From Coprobacillus sp. CAG:826 (lineage in GTDB: Bacteria; Bacillota_I; Bacilli_A; RFN20; CAG-826), in NCBI GenBank assembly GCA_000437235.1, contig FR897041.1, positions 20,633-66,577 of the forward strand: 45,945 nt of DNA, written 5' to 3'. The translations under genes and the position numbers were made by a program. Every line of letters begins with the position of its first letter. The first letter of the stretch is position 1. Positions 27,389-36,867 of this stretch are shown one piece after another. The notes beneath the pieces were generated by a model that had not been told where the DNA came from, ran no database searches, and saw nothing but the letters and a program-made list of their open reading frames with translations.

Positions 27389-28624
27389 ATGACATTATTA
27401 GAAGAACTTAAAGCTCGCGAATTATTCTTTCAAACCACTTCGGAAGATTTTGAAAATTACTTAGAAACCCATAAGGTGACGTTCTATTTAGGTTGTGACC
27501 CAACGGGTGATTCTTTGCACGTCGGTCACTTAGTGACGTACTTAGTCGCTAAAAGATTAGAACAAAGAGGCCATCACCCCATTCTTCTTGTGGGTGGCGC
27601 GACCGGACAAATTGGTGATCCAAAACAACAAGGCGAAAGAAAAATGCTTTCTTTAGAAACCACCAATGAAAACGCTCGTAAATTAGCCCATCAAGTAGAA
27701 ACCCTCTTTGGTTTCCATACCATTGTGAATAACTTAGATTGGACGAAAAATTTAAGCGTCATTGATTTCTTACGTTTTTATGGTAAAGAATTTAACGTCA
27801 ATACCATGATCAATAAAGAAACCGTAAAGGCGCGTTTAGATAGTGGTATTTCTTATACCGAATTCTCTTACCAAATCTTACAAGCCATGGACTGGTATCA
27901 TTTATTTAAAACGATGAACTGCGAAGTACAAATTGGTGGTCAAGACCAATGGGGCAATATGACCGCAGGAACCGAGCTCATTCGTAAAAAAGAAGGTAGC
28001 GAAACCAAAGTCTATGCTATGACCATTCCTTTAATTTTAAAACCTGATGGTACGAAGTTTGGTAAATCAGAAGCGGGAAAATCCGTATGGTTAGATAAAG
28101 ATAAAACATCACCGTATGAATTCTATCAATTCTGGTTCAATCTTCCTGATAGCGATGTGATTAAAAAGATGAAACAATTTACTTTCTTATCTTTAGAAGA
28201 AATTGCAAGTATTGAAGAAGAATGGAAGAAAGCGCCTGAAACCCGATTAGCGCAAAAAACATTAGCAAGAGAAATGACGAAACTCATCCACGGACAAGAG
28301 GGCTTAGATCAAGCTTTACGTATTACCGATGCTTTATTTAAAGGGGATATTGCTTCTTTAAGTGCTAAAGAAATTGAAATGGCTTTTAGTGATTTCCCAA
28401 AAACTCACATTGAAGAAAATGCACCTTTATTAGAGACTTTAATCGCCTTAGGTGTTGCTAGTTCAAAACGAGAAGCCCGTGAATTTGTAAAGAATGGCGC
28501 CATTACCATTAATGGACAAAAGGTTACTGATGAAACCACGCTTTTAAATCCGAGCATGGCCATTGATCAACGTTTCTTAGTAGTGCGTCGTGGCAAAAAG
28601 AAATATAGTTTAGCCGAATTCTAA
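27389..28624 (+). CDS. tyrS: Tyrosine--tRNA ligase
   Basis: HIGH motif (HVGH), KMSKS-like KFGKS and a C-terminal S4 domain; 411 aa. Confidence 0.9.
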   Translation: MTLLEELKARELFFQTTSEDFENYLETHKVTFYLGCDPTGDSLHVGHLVTYLVAKRLEQRGHHPILLVGGATGQIGDPKQQGERKMLSLETTNENARKLAHQVETLFGFHTIVNNLDWTKNLSVIDFLRFYGKEFNVNTMINKETVKARLDSGISYTEFSYQILQAMDWYHLFKTMNCEVQIGGQDQWGNMTAGTELIRKKEGSETKVYAMTIPLILKPDGTKFGKSEAGKSVWLDKDKTSPYEFYQFWFNLPDSDVIKKMKQFTFLSLEEIASIEEEWKKAPETRLAQKTLAREMTKLIHGQEGLDQALRITDALFKGDIASLSAKEIEMAFSDFPKTHIEENAPLLETLIALGVASSKREAREFVKNGAITINGQKVTDETTLLNPSMAIDQRFLVVRRGKKKYSLAEF

Positions 28625-28646
28625 TTTTTCATTTTAATAAAAAACA

Positions 28647-28705
28647 AAAGAAGCTAAATATGAAAAAGTTTTAACACGAAATCAATGCATTTAGCTTCTT
28701 TTTTC
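28647..28705 (+). terminator. tyrS intrinsic terminator (long-loop hairpin)
   Basis: aaagaagctaaat ... atttagcttcttt arms followed by a T-run. Confidence 0.5.
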
Positions 28706-28737
28706 ATTGCCTTTTTTGGAAAATATAGAGAAAATAT

Positions 28738-28765
28738 TTCGAAATTGCGTCATTTTTGCTATGAT
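28738..28765 (+). promoter_or_regulatory. Extended -10 promoter upstream of the 96-aa ORF and the TIR-NACHT gene
   Basis: TTCGAA, 16-nt spacer, TGcTATGAT. Confidence 0.4.
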
Positions 28766-28790
28766 ATAAGGTGTTAAAGGAGCCGAAAAA

Positions 28791-29081
28791 ATGGAGTTTC
28801 ATTCAAATCATGAAAAGAATCAAGAAGGTAATAAAGAAACAAAGTCTTGCGGACTTTATTTTCTTCATAATCTTTTAAATGAAATTTCTAAAAAGGAAAT
28901 ATTGTTGAAGGCTTCTTTTATCAATGATAAGAAATCTTATCTTTTATATAAGTTAAATGAAGAGAATAAAAAAGAAGCAGAACCACAACTTATTCCATAT
29001 TTTTTCATCAACAAGTTGTTGCTTCTTCGCAAGATTTTATTGGACTCGTTATTGATAGTCATTATCATCCGTATAGTTTAA
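28791..29081 (+). CDS. 96-aa ORF with strong RBS; probably the authentic N-terminal exon of the downstream giant gene, separated from it by a frameshift in a T6 tract
   Basis: AGGAG RBS 8 nt upstream. The last ~25 codons (LLLLRKILLDSLLIVIIIRIV) look like out-of-frame translation. The downstream gene's reading frame is open from 28970 and gives protein-like sequence (HQQVVASSQDFIGLVIDSHYHPYSL...). A +1 T at 29000-29005 would fuse the two ORFs. Confidence 0.4.
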   Translation: MEFHSNHEKNQEGNKETKSCGLYFLHNLLNEISKKEILLKASFINDKKSYLLYKLNEENKKEAEPQLIPYFFINKLLLLRKILLDSLLIVIIIRIV

Positions 29082-29101
29082 TTTTAAAAGACAAAACATC
29101 G

Positions 29102-32100
29102 TTGTTTCAACGAGTTTTTGCTTTACCCAATTCCATAGAAAAACAATTATTATTAGGATATTGTTATGAACAAGGTGATGCAGGAGTAGTTAAAGATATT
29201 TCTAAAGCCTTTGCCTGCTTTTTAAAAGCTGCAGAGTCTAACGATGCACGTGCGCAAAATATAATTAGCTACTATTATGGAACAGGAGCAGAAGGCATCG
29301 CTATTGATTATCAAAAATCTTTCTATTATGCTTCGTTATCGGCTCAACAAAATTATGCAGTTGGTTTATTTAATTTAGGACATTGTTATGAACATGGGAC
29401 AGGAACCATTCGAAATGAAAGTAAAGCTTTTGCGCTTTATTATCAAGCGGCAATGCAAGGTTATTCTAAAGCGATGGAAAAAGTAGGCACTTATCTTTTT
29501 TATGGAACGGTGATAAAAAAAGATATCACTAGTGCTTGCTATTGGTTTCAACGCGCGGCATTAAATGGTATGGAAAATAGCTATTTATACGCTGCTTATT
29601 GTATGCTTGATAACGATATGAAAGTTCATGATATAAATACGGCCATTGAATTATTAAAACATGCTTCTTTTAAAGGCATAAAAGAGGCAGATTTAGAATT
29701 AGGTAAGATATATTATCAAAGCACCGAAATTACGCCGAATGTCTTATTAGCGTTAGACTATTTTTCTCATGCTTATCAAGAAGGTATTTTAGAAGCAGGA
29801 AAGTATATCGTTGAAATTTCGGAAAAAGATGTAAATAATGAAGAGCTTTTAAAGAAAGCCTATAACATTTTAAAAGACTTCTTAAAAAAGGAAATCGGAC
29901 AAAAAGATTTTAATGAAGAACTTTATGGCTTTGGTGCCTACCATATGGGCCTATGGCTTAAAAATGGGTGGCTAGTAAAAAAGAATGAAGAAGAGGCTTT
30001 AAGATATTTATCTTTGGCAGAACGTTTGGGCAACTATGATGCATCTTATGAAGCGAGTATTCTTTATGAAAAGAAGTTTGATTATGATGCAATGATGAAT
30101 AGCTTAAATCAAGCATTAAAAGGTTCAAAAGAAACGATTAAAAAAGCCTATTATCAATTGGGTAAACTGAATTTAGAAGGAAAAATTATAAAAAAAGATA
30201 TCGACGCAGCTTTTCGCTTTTTAGATTTATCTTTTAAAATGGGATATAGTGAAGCGGCTTATCTTTTAGCTGAAGCTTATGAAATTAGTGATGGTAAGCA
30301 TATTCCTAATTTTAAAAAAGCATTTGAAATGTATTCACATGCCGCTTATCGGTGTGATAATGCTAGAGCGTATTATAAAATGGCAGAAGCGCTTTATTAT
30401 GGCTTAGGTGTAACACCAAATGATGAACAAGCTAAAAATATGTTATTAGAAAGTCAAAAGCGTGGAGTAGAAGAAGCAGATATTCTTTTGGGAATGATGT
30501 ATTTAGAAGGAAAAGCTTATCAAAAAGATGAAGAAAAAGCTTTTTCTTGTTTTAAAAATGCTTATGAGCATCATATTCTAAGTGCTCCTTATTATTTAAG
30601 TCATTTTTATTTAAACGGAATAGTGGTTGAACAAGATATAACCTATGGCCTCGCACTTTTAAAAGAAGCAGAGGAAAATCGATTTTATCTAGCATCACAC
30701 GTTTTAGGACAAATCGATTTAGAAGGAAAGTATGTGACAAAGAATGAAGAAAGTGCCTTTAACCATTTCTTATTAGGCGCTACTTATTATGATGAAGCAT
30801 GTACTTTAGATATTGTAAAATGCTACCAGAATGGTGTTGGCGTAGAGAAAAATGAAGAGATTGCTTTTTCTTATCTTTATCAATATCATTTCCATAAAAG
30901 TCAATCTGTACTGGTAATGTATGAAATTGTTTTATGTTATTTAAAGGGTAGAGGGGTTAAAAAAGATATCGTAAAGGCAAGTTATCTTTTAAATGCAATG
31001 ATTGATAGTAAACAAAAAGAAGTGGATATATCCGAAGCGGAATTTCTTTTAGGTTACGCTTATTATACGGGGAGCATGACTTTAAGAAATCCGCCCGCTG
31101 CTTTTTATCAATTCTCTTTAGCCGCTCAAAATGAACATGTAGAAGCCATGTTTTATCTTGCAGAATGTTATGATAAAGGTACCGGTATCAGCGTAAATCA
31201 TGAAAAAGCGGTATCTTGGTATATCAAAGCGGCTGAAAAAGAACATTTAGGCGCAATGTATGAATTAGGTAATCATTATTATGATGGAATCGGCATTGAA
31301 CAAGACTATCAAAAGGCATTTTCTTATTATAAAATGGCAGCAGAAAGTGGTTATTTAAGTGCACAAGTGAGTTTAGCAGGGTGCTACGCTAACGGGGTAG
31401 GTACGATGCAAAGTTATGCTTTAGCGGCCAAATATTATGCGTTAGCTTCCCAAAAGAATCACGCTTTAGCAGAATTCCATTTAGCGGACTTGTACGAAAA
31501 TGGCTTTGGGGTAACGTTATCCTATGACTTAGCCATTGAATATTATAAAAGAGCGATAGAACATGGTTATTCTTTAGCGAAAGAATCCTTAGAAAGAGTA
31601 GAAAAGAAATTAGAATTAAAACGCTTGCAAGAAGTTGGTGTTGAACCAAGCCACGTTTTCATTTCTTGGAATCATTATTCGGAAGAACTTTCGATTCAAA
31701 TTTCTGAAATTTTAAAACAAGGCAATTTAAAAGTATGGCATAGTAATGCAAGTTGCGAAGGATTTATTAGTGAGACGTGTTTACTTGCGATAAAAAACGC
31801 AAAAACTTTCTTAGTGTTATTAAGTTTAAAAGCTATTAAAAGTGCCTATGTGCAAATGGAAGTTCAAGCGATTTATGATCGGGTAAAAAATGGAGAAATC
31901 GATATTTCTTGTATTAAAGCAATGTATGATGGTCCAGAAAATGAAATCCGTCAAGCTTTAAGTGAACTACCAAAAGAGCATCCAATGCGTATCTTTATCG
32001 ACTTTGATTTATCACCGTTATATGTGACAGAACCGCAATATATGATTGATAATATCATCAATTCGTTAACCACGGGCGCTTTTAAAACGTATCGTAATGT

Positions 32101-33745
32101 TAGACATAGAAAAACAGCCATGTTTAGTATGTTTATTTTAAACACGTTTAATTTTGATCGTTATGCGAATATGGTAGATTTAACGAGCAATATTGAAAAA
32201 GGTTACATTTCTAGAAAATTGGCGCTCTACACGAAAAAAGATGAATCTGTTTTTTATAGTGAAGAAGACTTATTGAAAAATGAGCTTTCTTTAATTGTGG
32301 CACCGGGTGGAAGAGGAAAATCCGTTTATCTACAAAATTTAGAACATCGCTTCTTTAGTCAAGATAACGCTTCTACGATTTTCTTTCGTTTTCCCTTAAC
32401 GCAGTTAAAAAATTATGTGGCGAAGCTTTCAAAAGAAGTAGATGCTGAAGATTTTATTGCTTTCTTAAAAGAAGAAGTCTTTCAAAAAGAATTAGATGAA
32501 GTGGAAAAGAATATTCCTTTCCGTAATGAAAAATTTATTCAACTTTTCCTACAAGAAAATAAACAAATTTATTTCTTATTAGACGCTATAGATGAATTAG
32601 GAAATGACCGGAAAAAATGGCTTCAAATTTTTGAAAAAATGTGGAGTGATTTTGTTTTAAAATATAACAAAAACAAATCCACGCATTTCATTTTTACTTC
32701 TCGTATTGTTGAAAAAATTCATATCGCTGAACTTTCTTCTTTAATGATATTTACCTTACCTTCCTTTAATGAAAAAGAGCAGAGAGAATTATTTGTTTCT
32801 ATTATGAATTTATTCAATGCATCGCAATTAAGAGATATGGCAAATCACCAAGAAGAAGTCACCTTATTTAGTGAGGAAGAAGATTATCCGCTTTTTCAAA
32901 AGGAAGTTGCTGAGCTCCATATTCCGATTACCTCCAATCCTTTGATTTTATGTAATTTCTTAATTCTATATTTTATGAATGCATTAGAAAATCGACCAAT
33001 GCCTAAAACTGAATATGAAATCATGATGCAATCCATTCATCTTTTAATTGATCAATTAGAAGATGAAAAGCGAATTGATTTAGATTTAAACTTAGTTTCA
33101 GCGTCTTTTTTAAATCAACATTTACGTAATATTTTAGCTTATCTTTATTTTGAAATTTTGGCTTTTGATTCAAGACCGATTGAAGATATTATTTTAGAGT
33201 ACCTTCAAGATAATGAAAAAGAAGAAGAAATTCAAAAGTTAACGATGCTAGAAAGAAAACGTTTAGCTCTTGCTTTAAAACAACATTTTATTTCTCGTAA
33301 TTTTGCAGGAGAAGGAAATATTGTTCACGCTTTGTTCGCTACTTATTTTGCTTCCGAATATTGTTATCAAGATTTAATTCAAATTACGGGCAAGGGCAAA
33401 TTAGCGCACCTTACTTTTAAAGATGAAAAAGCGAAAGAACGACTTCTTTCTTATCAAGAACAGTATTTCTCCTTGGGAGAAAACTGGATTGACGTTTTAA
33501 ATCATTTGATTTCTAAAATGCTTTATCAACTTTCTTTGTTACCGCATGAAGAAAATCTTTCGAAAGATAATTTTAATTTCTTACAAGAAGTCTTTGAAAT
33601 TCTTTATGTTCGTAATATAAATGAGAACATGAAAAAGAGTTATCGTGATATAAGAAAAATGGCGAAAGAGAAACGCTGCTACTTTGCTTCAGATGTCCTG
33701 CAACTTTTGACATTAGAAAAATTTTCTAGCGAAGAAAATAATTGA
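29102..33745 (+). CDS. Giant Sel1-like-repeat / TIR / NACHT-type STAND NTPase protein (candidate NLR-like defence protein); annotated start is a TTG without RBS
   Basis: Residues 1-830 carry about 20 Sel1-like repeats. Residues ~848-975 are TIR-like (VFISW, LVLLS, SAYVQME with the Glu at the catalytic position). Walker A APGGRGKS is at aa 1066-1074, Walker B FLLDAIDE at 1158-1165, FTSR at 1198-1201 and SNPLILC at 1278-1284, which together are NACHT hallmarks. The C-terminal ~260 aa are helical. Confidence 0.8.
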   Translation: MFQRVFALPNSIEKQLLLGYCYEQGDAGVVKDISKAFACFLKAAESNDARAQNIISYYYGTGAEGIAIDYQKSFYYASLSAQQNYAVGLFNLGHCYEHGTGTIRNESKAFALYYQAAMQGYSKAMEKVGTYLFYGTVIKKDITSACYWFQRAALNGMENSYLYAAYCMLDNDMKVHDINTAIELLKHASFKGIKEADLELGKIYYQSTEITPNVLLALDYFSHAYQEGILEAGKYIVEISEKDVNNEELLKKAYNILKDFLKKEIGQKDFNEELYGFGAYHMGLWLKNGWLVKKNEEEALRYLSLAERLGNYDASYEASILYEKKFDYDAMMNSLNQALKGSKETIKKAYYQLGKLNLEGKIIKKDIDAAFRFLDLSFKMGYSEAAYLLAEAYEISDGKHIPNFKKAFEMYSHAAYRCDNARAYYKMAEALYYGLGVTPNDEQAKNMLLESQKRGVEEADILLGMMYLEGKAYQKDEEKAFSCFKNAYEHHILSAPYYLSHFYLNGIVVEQDITYGLALLKEAEENRFYLASHVLGQIDLEGKYVTKNEESAFNHFLLGATYYDEACTLDIVKCYQNGVGVEKNEEIAFSYLYQYHFHKSQSVLVMYEIVLCYLKGRGVKKDIVKASYLLNAMIDSKQKEVDISEAEFLLGYAYYTGSMTLRNPPAAFYQFSLAAQNEHVEAMFYLAECYDKGTGISVNHEKAVSWYIKAAEKEHLGAMYELGNHYYDGIGIEQDYQKAFSYYKMAAESGYLSAQVSLAGCYANGVGTMQSYALAAKYYALASQKNHALAEFHLADLYENGFGVTLSYDLAIEYYKRAIEHGYSLAKESLERVEKKLELKRLQEVGVEPSHVFISWNHYSEELSIQISEILKQGNLKVWHSNASCEGFISETCLLAIKNAKTFLVLLSLKAIKSAYVQMEVQAIYDRVKNGEIDISCIKAMYDGPENEIRQALSELPKEHPMRIFIDFDLSPLYVTEPQYMIDNIINSLTTGAFKTYRNVRHRKTAMFSMFILNTFNFDRYANMVDLTSNIEKGYISRKLALYTKKDESVFYSEEDLLKNELSLIVAPGGRGKSVYLQNLEHRFFSQDNASTIFFRFPLTQLKNYVAKLSKEVDAEDFIAFLKEEVFQKELDEVEKNIPFRNEKFIQLFLQENKQIYFLLDAIDELGNDRKKWLQIFEKMWSDFVLKYNKNKSTHFIFTSRIVEKIHIAELSSLMIFTLPSFNEKEQRELFVSIMNLFNASQLRDMANHQEEVTLFSEEEDYPLFQKEVAELHIPITSNPLILCNFLILYFMNALENRPMPKTEYEIMMQSIHLLIDQLEDEKRIDLDLNLVSASFLNQHLRNILAYLYFEILAFDSRPIEDIILEYLQDNEKEEEIQKLTMLERKRLALALKQHFISRNFAGEGNIVHALFATYFASEYCYQDLIQITGKGKLAHLTFKDEKAKERLLSYQEQYFSLGENWIDVLNHLISKMLYQLSLLPHEENLSKDNFNFLQEVFEILYVRNINENMKKSYRDIRKMAKEKRCYFASDVLQLLTLEKFSSEENN

Positions 33746-33818
33746 ATAATGTTCAATAATATGATATTCTCTTATAGGAATTGAAAAGAATATAGTCAAT
33801 TCCAAAGGGGAAAAGAAA

Positions 33819-34397
33819 ATGAAATCGTTAAAAATTATTCAAGTCCTATGCAAAATAGGTCAAATTCTAAGTAAAATTGCTTTTATTTTATGTATTGTAG
33901 GTGCAAGTTTGAGTTTGCTAGGAATTCTATCGTTAGCTTGTGGGATTGAGACCATTGAAATTAATGGTGTGACAATTGGAAGCATGATTCAAAATGACTC
34001 AGGAATGAGTATGGGAACCATGTATACAACTTTAGCTGTCGGTATCGTTATGATGGCAGGAGAAATCGCGATTGCTAAATTTGCAGAACTTTATTTCAAA
34101 CATGAATTAATTGCTGGTACGCCTTTAACTTTAGAAGGAGCAAAAGAAATGCGCCGTTTAGGCATTTTAAAGATTGCAGTTTCTTTAGGAACATTTATAT
34201 TAGCCGCTATTGTACAAGCAATTTTAAAAGCAACATTAACTGATGTCGTTGAAGTAGATTTAGATCATTCAGGCGCTATCGTTATGGGCGTTATGTATTT
34301 AATTCTTTCTTTAGTGCTTCAATACGCTAGTGAAGAATTAAAGAATAAAGAAGAAAAAATCGAAATTTCAAGTCATCAAGAAAATGAAAAGGAGTGA
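33819..34397 (+). CDS. Small 4-TM membrane protein (possibly DUF2975-like), immediately downstream of the TIR-NACHT gene
   Basis: 192 aa with four hydrophobic helices and an acidic C-terminal tail. The RBS is purine-rich but weak (AAAGGGGAAAAGAAA, no AGGAG core) and is preceded by an 8-bp inverted repeat. Confidence 0.5.
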   Translation: MKSLKIIQVLCKIGQILSKIAFILCIVGASLSLLGILSLACGIETIEINGVTIGSMIQNDSGMSMGTMYTTLAVGIVMMAGEIAIAKFAELYFKHELIAGTPLTLEGAKEMRRLGILKIAVSLGTFILAAIVQAILKATLTDVVEVDLDHSGAIVMGVMYLILSLVLQYASEELKNKEEKIEISSHQENEKE

Positions 34398-34412
34398 AAA
34401 CACTCCTTTTTT
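34386..34412. terminator. Bidirectional terminator between convergent genes
   Basis: aaaaggagtg aaaa cactcctttt hairpin overlapping both stop codons. Confidence 0.55.
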
Positions 34413-35691
34413 AACGCCTTAATCCTTTGGGATAAAAGTTTTTAAGTGTACCTTGGGTAGCTTTTAAAAAGCCTAAAGCTACATCTAGATAGGTCGCTAT
34501 ATAATATCCAGATAGAGAAGTATCGCAGGATAATGTATCACCATGAATATATTTTTTAACGTCTTCTTCGTTTAAGATGATGTTCCTATCCCACGATAAA
34601 AAGTGAGAAAGAGCATGGCTAGGTAAGAAACGATCTTTTTTGATTTCTCCAATCTCTAGTCCGTAGCGGATTACCGTCATTTTTTCTGTAGGTAAATAAG
34701 AAGATAAGCCGTAGAGTGTATCGTTTTTTAATAAATAATCAAGTGAAGGTAAACTGAAATCTTTTAAAAAAGGAAAGTTCTGTTTATCTTTTTTTCCTTT
34801 TTTCATTAAAGTAACTTCTTTATTTCCTTTTTTATGAAGTAAAGCAATGAATTGGCCTTCTCCTTGATATAAAGAAGGGAAAAGGTGAATAGAACCTTTT
34901 AAAGAAGGATGTTCATAAAAAGAAGGAGAAGAAGGTAAAGAAATGAGTTCATAATCTTCATGTTCATTTAAAAAGTCTAAAATGGGTGCCTCATCTTCTT
35001 CATAAGAAAAAGAACAGGTAGAATAAAGTAAGTGACCACCAGGTTTAAGAAAAGAATCCGCTAAAGAAAGAAGCTCTTTTTGCGTTTTAGTGCATTCAAG
35101 CACTTTATTATACGTCCAATCTAGACGCATTTCTTCTTGTTTTCTAAACATGCCTGAACCACTACAAGGGGCATCTAAAATAATAGAATCGAAGAAATGA
35201 TGATAACTCGAAGGAAATTGATGTAAATTCATCGCAGTAACCATTACGTTACCAAGCCCCATTCTTTCAATATTACTAGAAAGCGTTAAAGCACGGGAAT
35301 AGGATAAGTCGTTAGCGACCACGGTTACCCCTTCATGAAAAGCGGTTTGAATCGTTTTTCCTCCCGGTGCCGCACACATATCTAAAATATAATCACCTTT
35401 AGATATTGGTAAAAAAGCCGCTACTAACATCGCGCTAGGATCTTGAAGATAATAAGCGCCCGCATCATGGAAAATATTTTTTCCTAAAGGATATTCGTTT
35501 TTATCATAATAAAAAGCATGGGGAATGAAGGGGTGTTTTTTTACATGCGGAAAAAGCGATAAAAAAGTCTCATCGCTCATTTTTTTAGGATTTAATAAAG
35601 CGGCATGTACGCTTTCTTTTTCTAAAGATAGAAGTAGTTCATCTACTATATCATGCGGATAATGTTGATATAAATTTTCTTTAAAATCCAT
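34411..35691 (-). CDS. RsmB/RsmF (NOL1/NOP2/Sun) family rRNA cytosine-C5 methyltransferase
   Basis: SAM-binding motif DMCAAPGGKT, catalytic DAPCSGSG and TCS motifs, and a C-terminal PUA-like extension. Confidence 0.7.
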   Translation of the reverse strand: MDFKENLYQHYPHDIVDELLLSLEKESVHAALLNPKKMSDETFLSLFPHVKKHPFIPHAFYYDKNEYPLGKNIFHDAGAYYLQDPSAMLVAAFLPISKGDYILDMCAAPGGKTIQTAFHEGVTVVANDLSYSRALTLSSNIERMGLGNVMVTAMNLHQFPSSYHHFFDSIILDAPCSGSGMFRKQEEMRLDWTYNKVLECTKTQKELLSLADSFLKPGGHLLYSTCSFSYEEDEAPILDFLNEHEDYELISLPSSPSFYEHPSLKGSIHLFPSLYQGEGQFIALLHKKGNKEVTLMKKGKKDKQNFPFLKDFSLPSLDYLLKNDTLYGLSSYLPTEKMTVIRYGLEIGEIKKDRFLPSHALSHFLSWDRNIILNEEDVKKYIHGDTLSCDTSLSGYYIATYLDVALGFLKATQGTLKNFYPKGLRR

Positions 35692-35990
35692 AAACTCACC
35701 CTACTTATTGTATAAGAAAATAAAAAAAATAACTAGCGGTAAAACGTTAATTTAGAAAATGAAAAATATAGAAAATTTATCATTAGATGATTGAATGGGC
35801 AAAGTAATAATTAATGCGAACTATTGCTTTAAATGATATTTATGTTATTATTAAAATATATAAGACATATTGTGACTTTAAATAGTTAAAAAAATAAAAT
35901 AGTTAGAAGAGAAAAGTTTTTGTAATTTTAAATTTCTAGTAGGTGTTAGTGTAATATTGGCACATATTATATGAATGAGGGGGAAGAACA

Positions 35991-36506
35991 ATGAAAAAAG
36001 AAAAAAGTCACAAAGCAGCCATTATCTTCATTTGTGTTTTAACGATTCCTGTTGTTCTTTATAGTCTTGTTTTATTTGCGCCTTCTATTCTATACGGAAT
36101 ATATCAATATGGGGCAATTGCATATTATCGCTTAACGGCCAAAGAAGATTACCTAGTTGAAGGAACTTTCCAAGGTCAAAAAAAGGGTATGAATTATGTT
36201 TTAGAAATTCAAGCCATTACGGAAGAAGAATTTCAAAATTATGATGGAAAAAATACCGTTGAAGACACTTCAAAAGATAGAAAAAATAAATATTATTATA
36301 TTCAACTTTATTCCAAAGATGAACAAGAAGTAGTAACGAATTACACCTTCACTAATTTAAAGGATTATCGGAAAAATAAAATTAGAGCTAATTATGAAGA
36401 TGATAATGGAAAAAGAATTGACTATTATTATAATGATGCTGCAAGATGTCAAGCCTATTTAGTTTGGTTATCTAACGATTACTATATTACGTTCAATTAT
36501 CAATGA
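35991..36506 (+). CDS. Hypothetical membrane-anchored or secreted protein (171 aa)
   Basis: GAGGGGGAAG RBS and an N-terminal TM/signal segment. No motif recognised. Confidence 0.45.
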   Translation: MKKEKSHKAAIIFICVLTIPVVLYSLVLFAPSILYGIYQYGAIAYYRLTAKEDYLVEGTFQGQKKGMNYVLEIQAITEEEFQNYDGKNTVEDTSKDRKNKYYYIQLYSKDEQEVVTNYTFTNLKDYRKNKIRANYEDDNGKRIDYYYNDAARCQAYLVWLSNDYYITFNYQ

Positions 36507-36561
36507 TGAAAAAACAGGTTATTGTCACATTTAAAGATGCAATAGCCTGTTTTTTTTCATA

Positions 36562-36867
36562 TTATTCAAAATCTAAGAATTCAATCGCACCTTCATGAGC
36601 GCGTTCCCATTGGTCGACATTAAATCGAATGCGGGCAATCATGATTTCCATTTCAAATTGAAGGCGTTCCATAAATTCATCATCTTCTGCTTGATCTTTA
36701 AAACGATCTAAGTGATTAAACACAAGATTCGTTTTAAAAATTACTTTTTTTCCTTCTACACGCGGTGTGATTTCAATTTTTGCTTCCGCTTTAGAAGGTG
36801 AATAAAAAGTGTTGCGGTAGTTGCTTGCGATTCTTTCCATCGCTTGTTCTATATTTTCTTCTTCCAT
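36562..36867 (-). CDS. Small acidic hypothetical protein (~101 aa)
   Basis: The ORF is on the minus strand with GGGGGA 10 nt upstream of the second ATG (MEEENIEQ...). No known motif. A start at 36885 is also possible. Confidence 0.4.
   Translation of the reverse strand: MEEENIEQAMERIASNYRNTFYSPSKAEAKIEITPRVEGKKVIFKTNLVFNHLDRFKDQAEDDEFMERLQFEMEIMIARIRFNVDQWERAHEGAIEFLDFE

Noticed and set aside
30552-32145. Antisense small ORFs within the TIR-NACHT gene (30552-30740, 31389-31649, 31951-32145)
   Set aside because: They are embedded in a long coherent CDS on the opposite strand and have no RBS.
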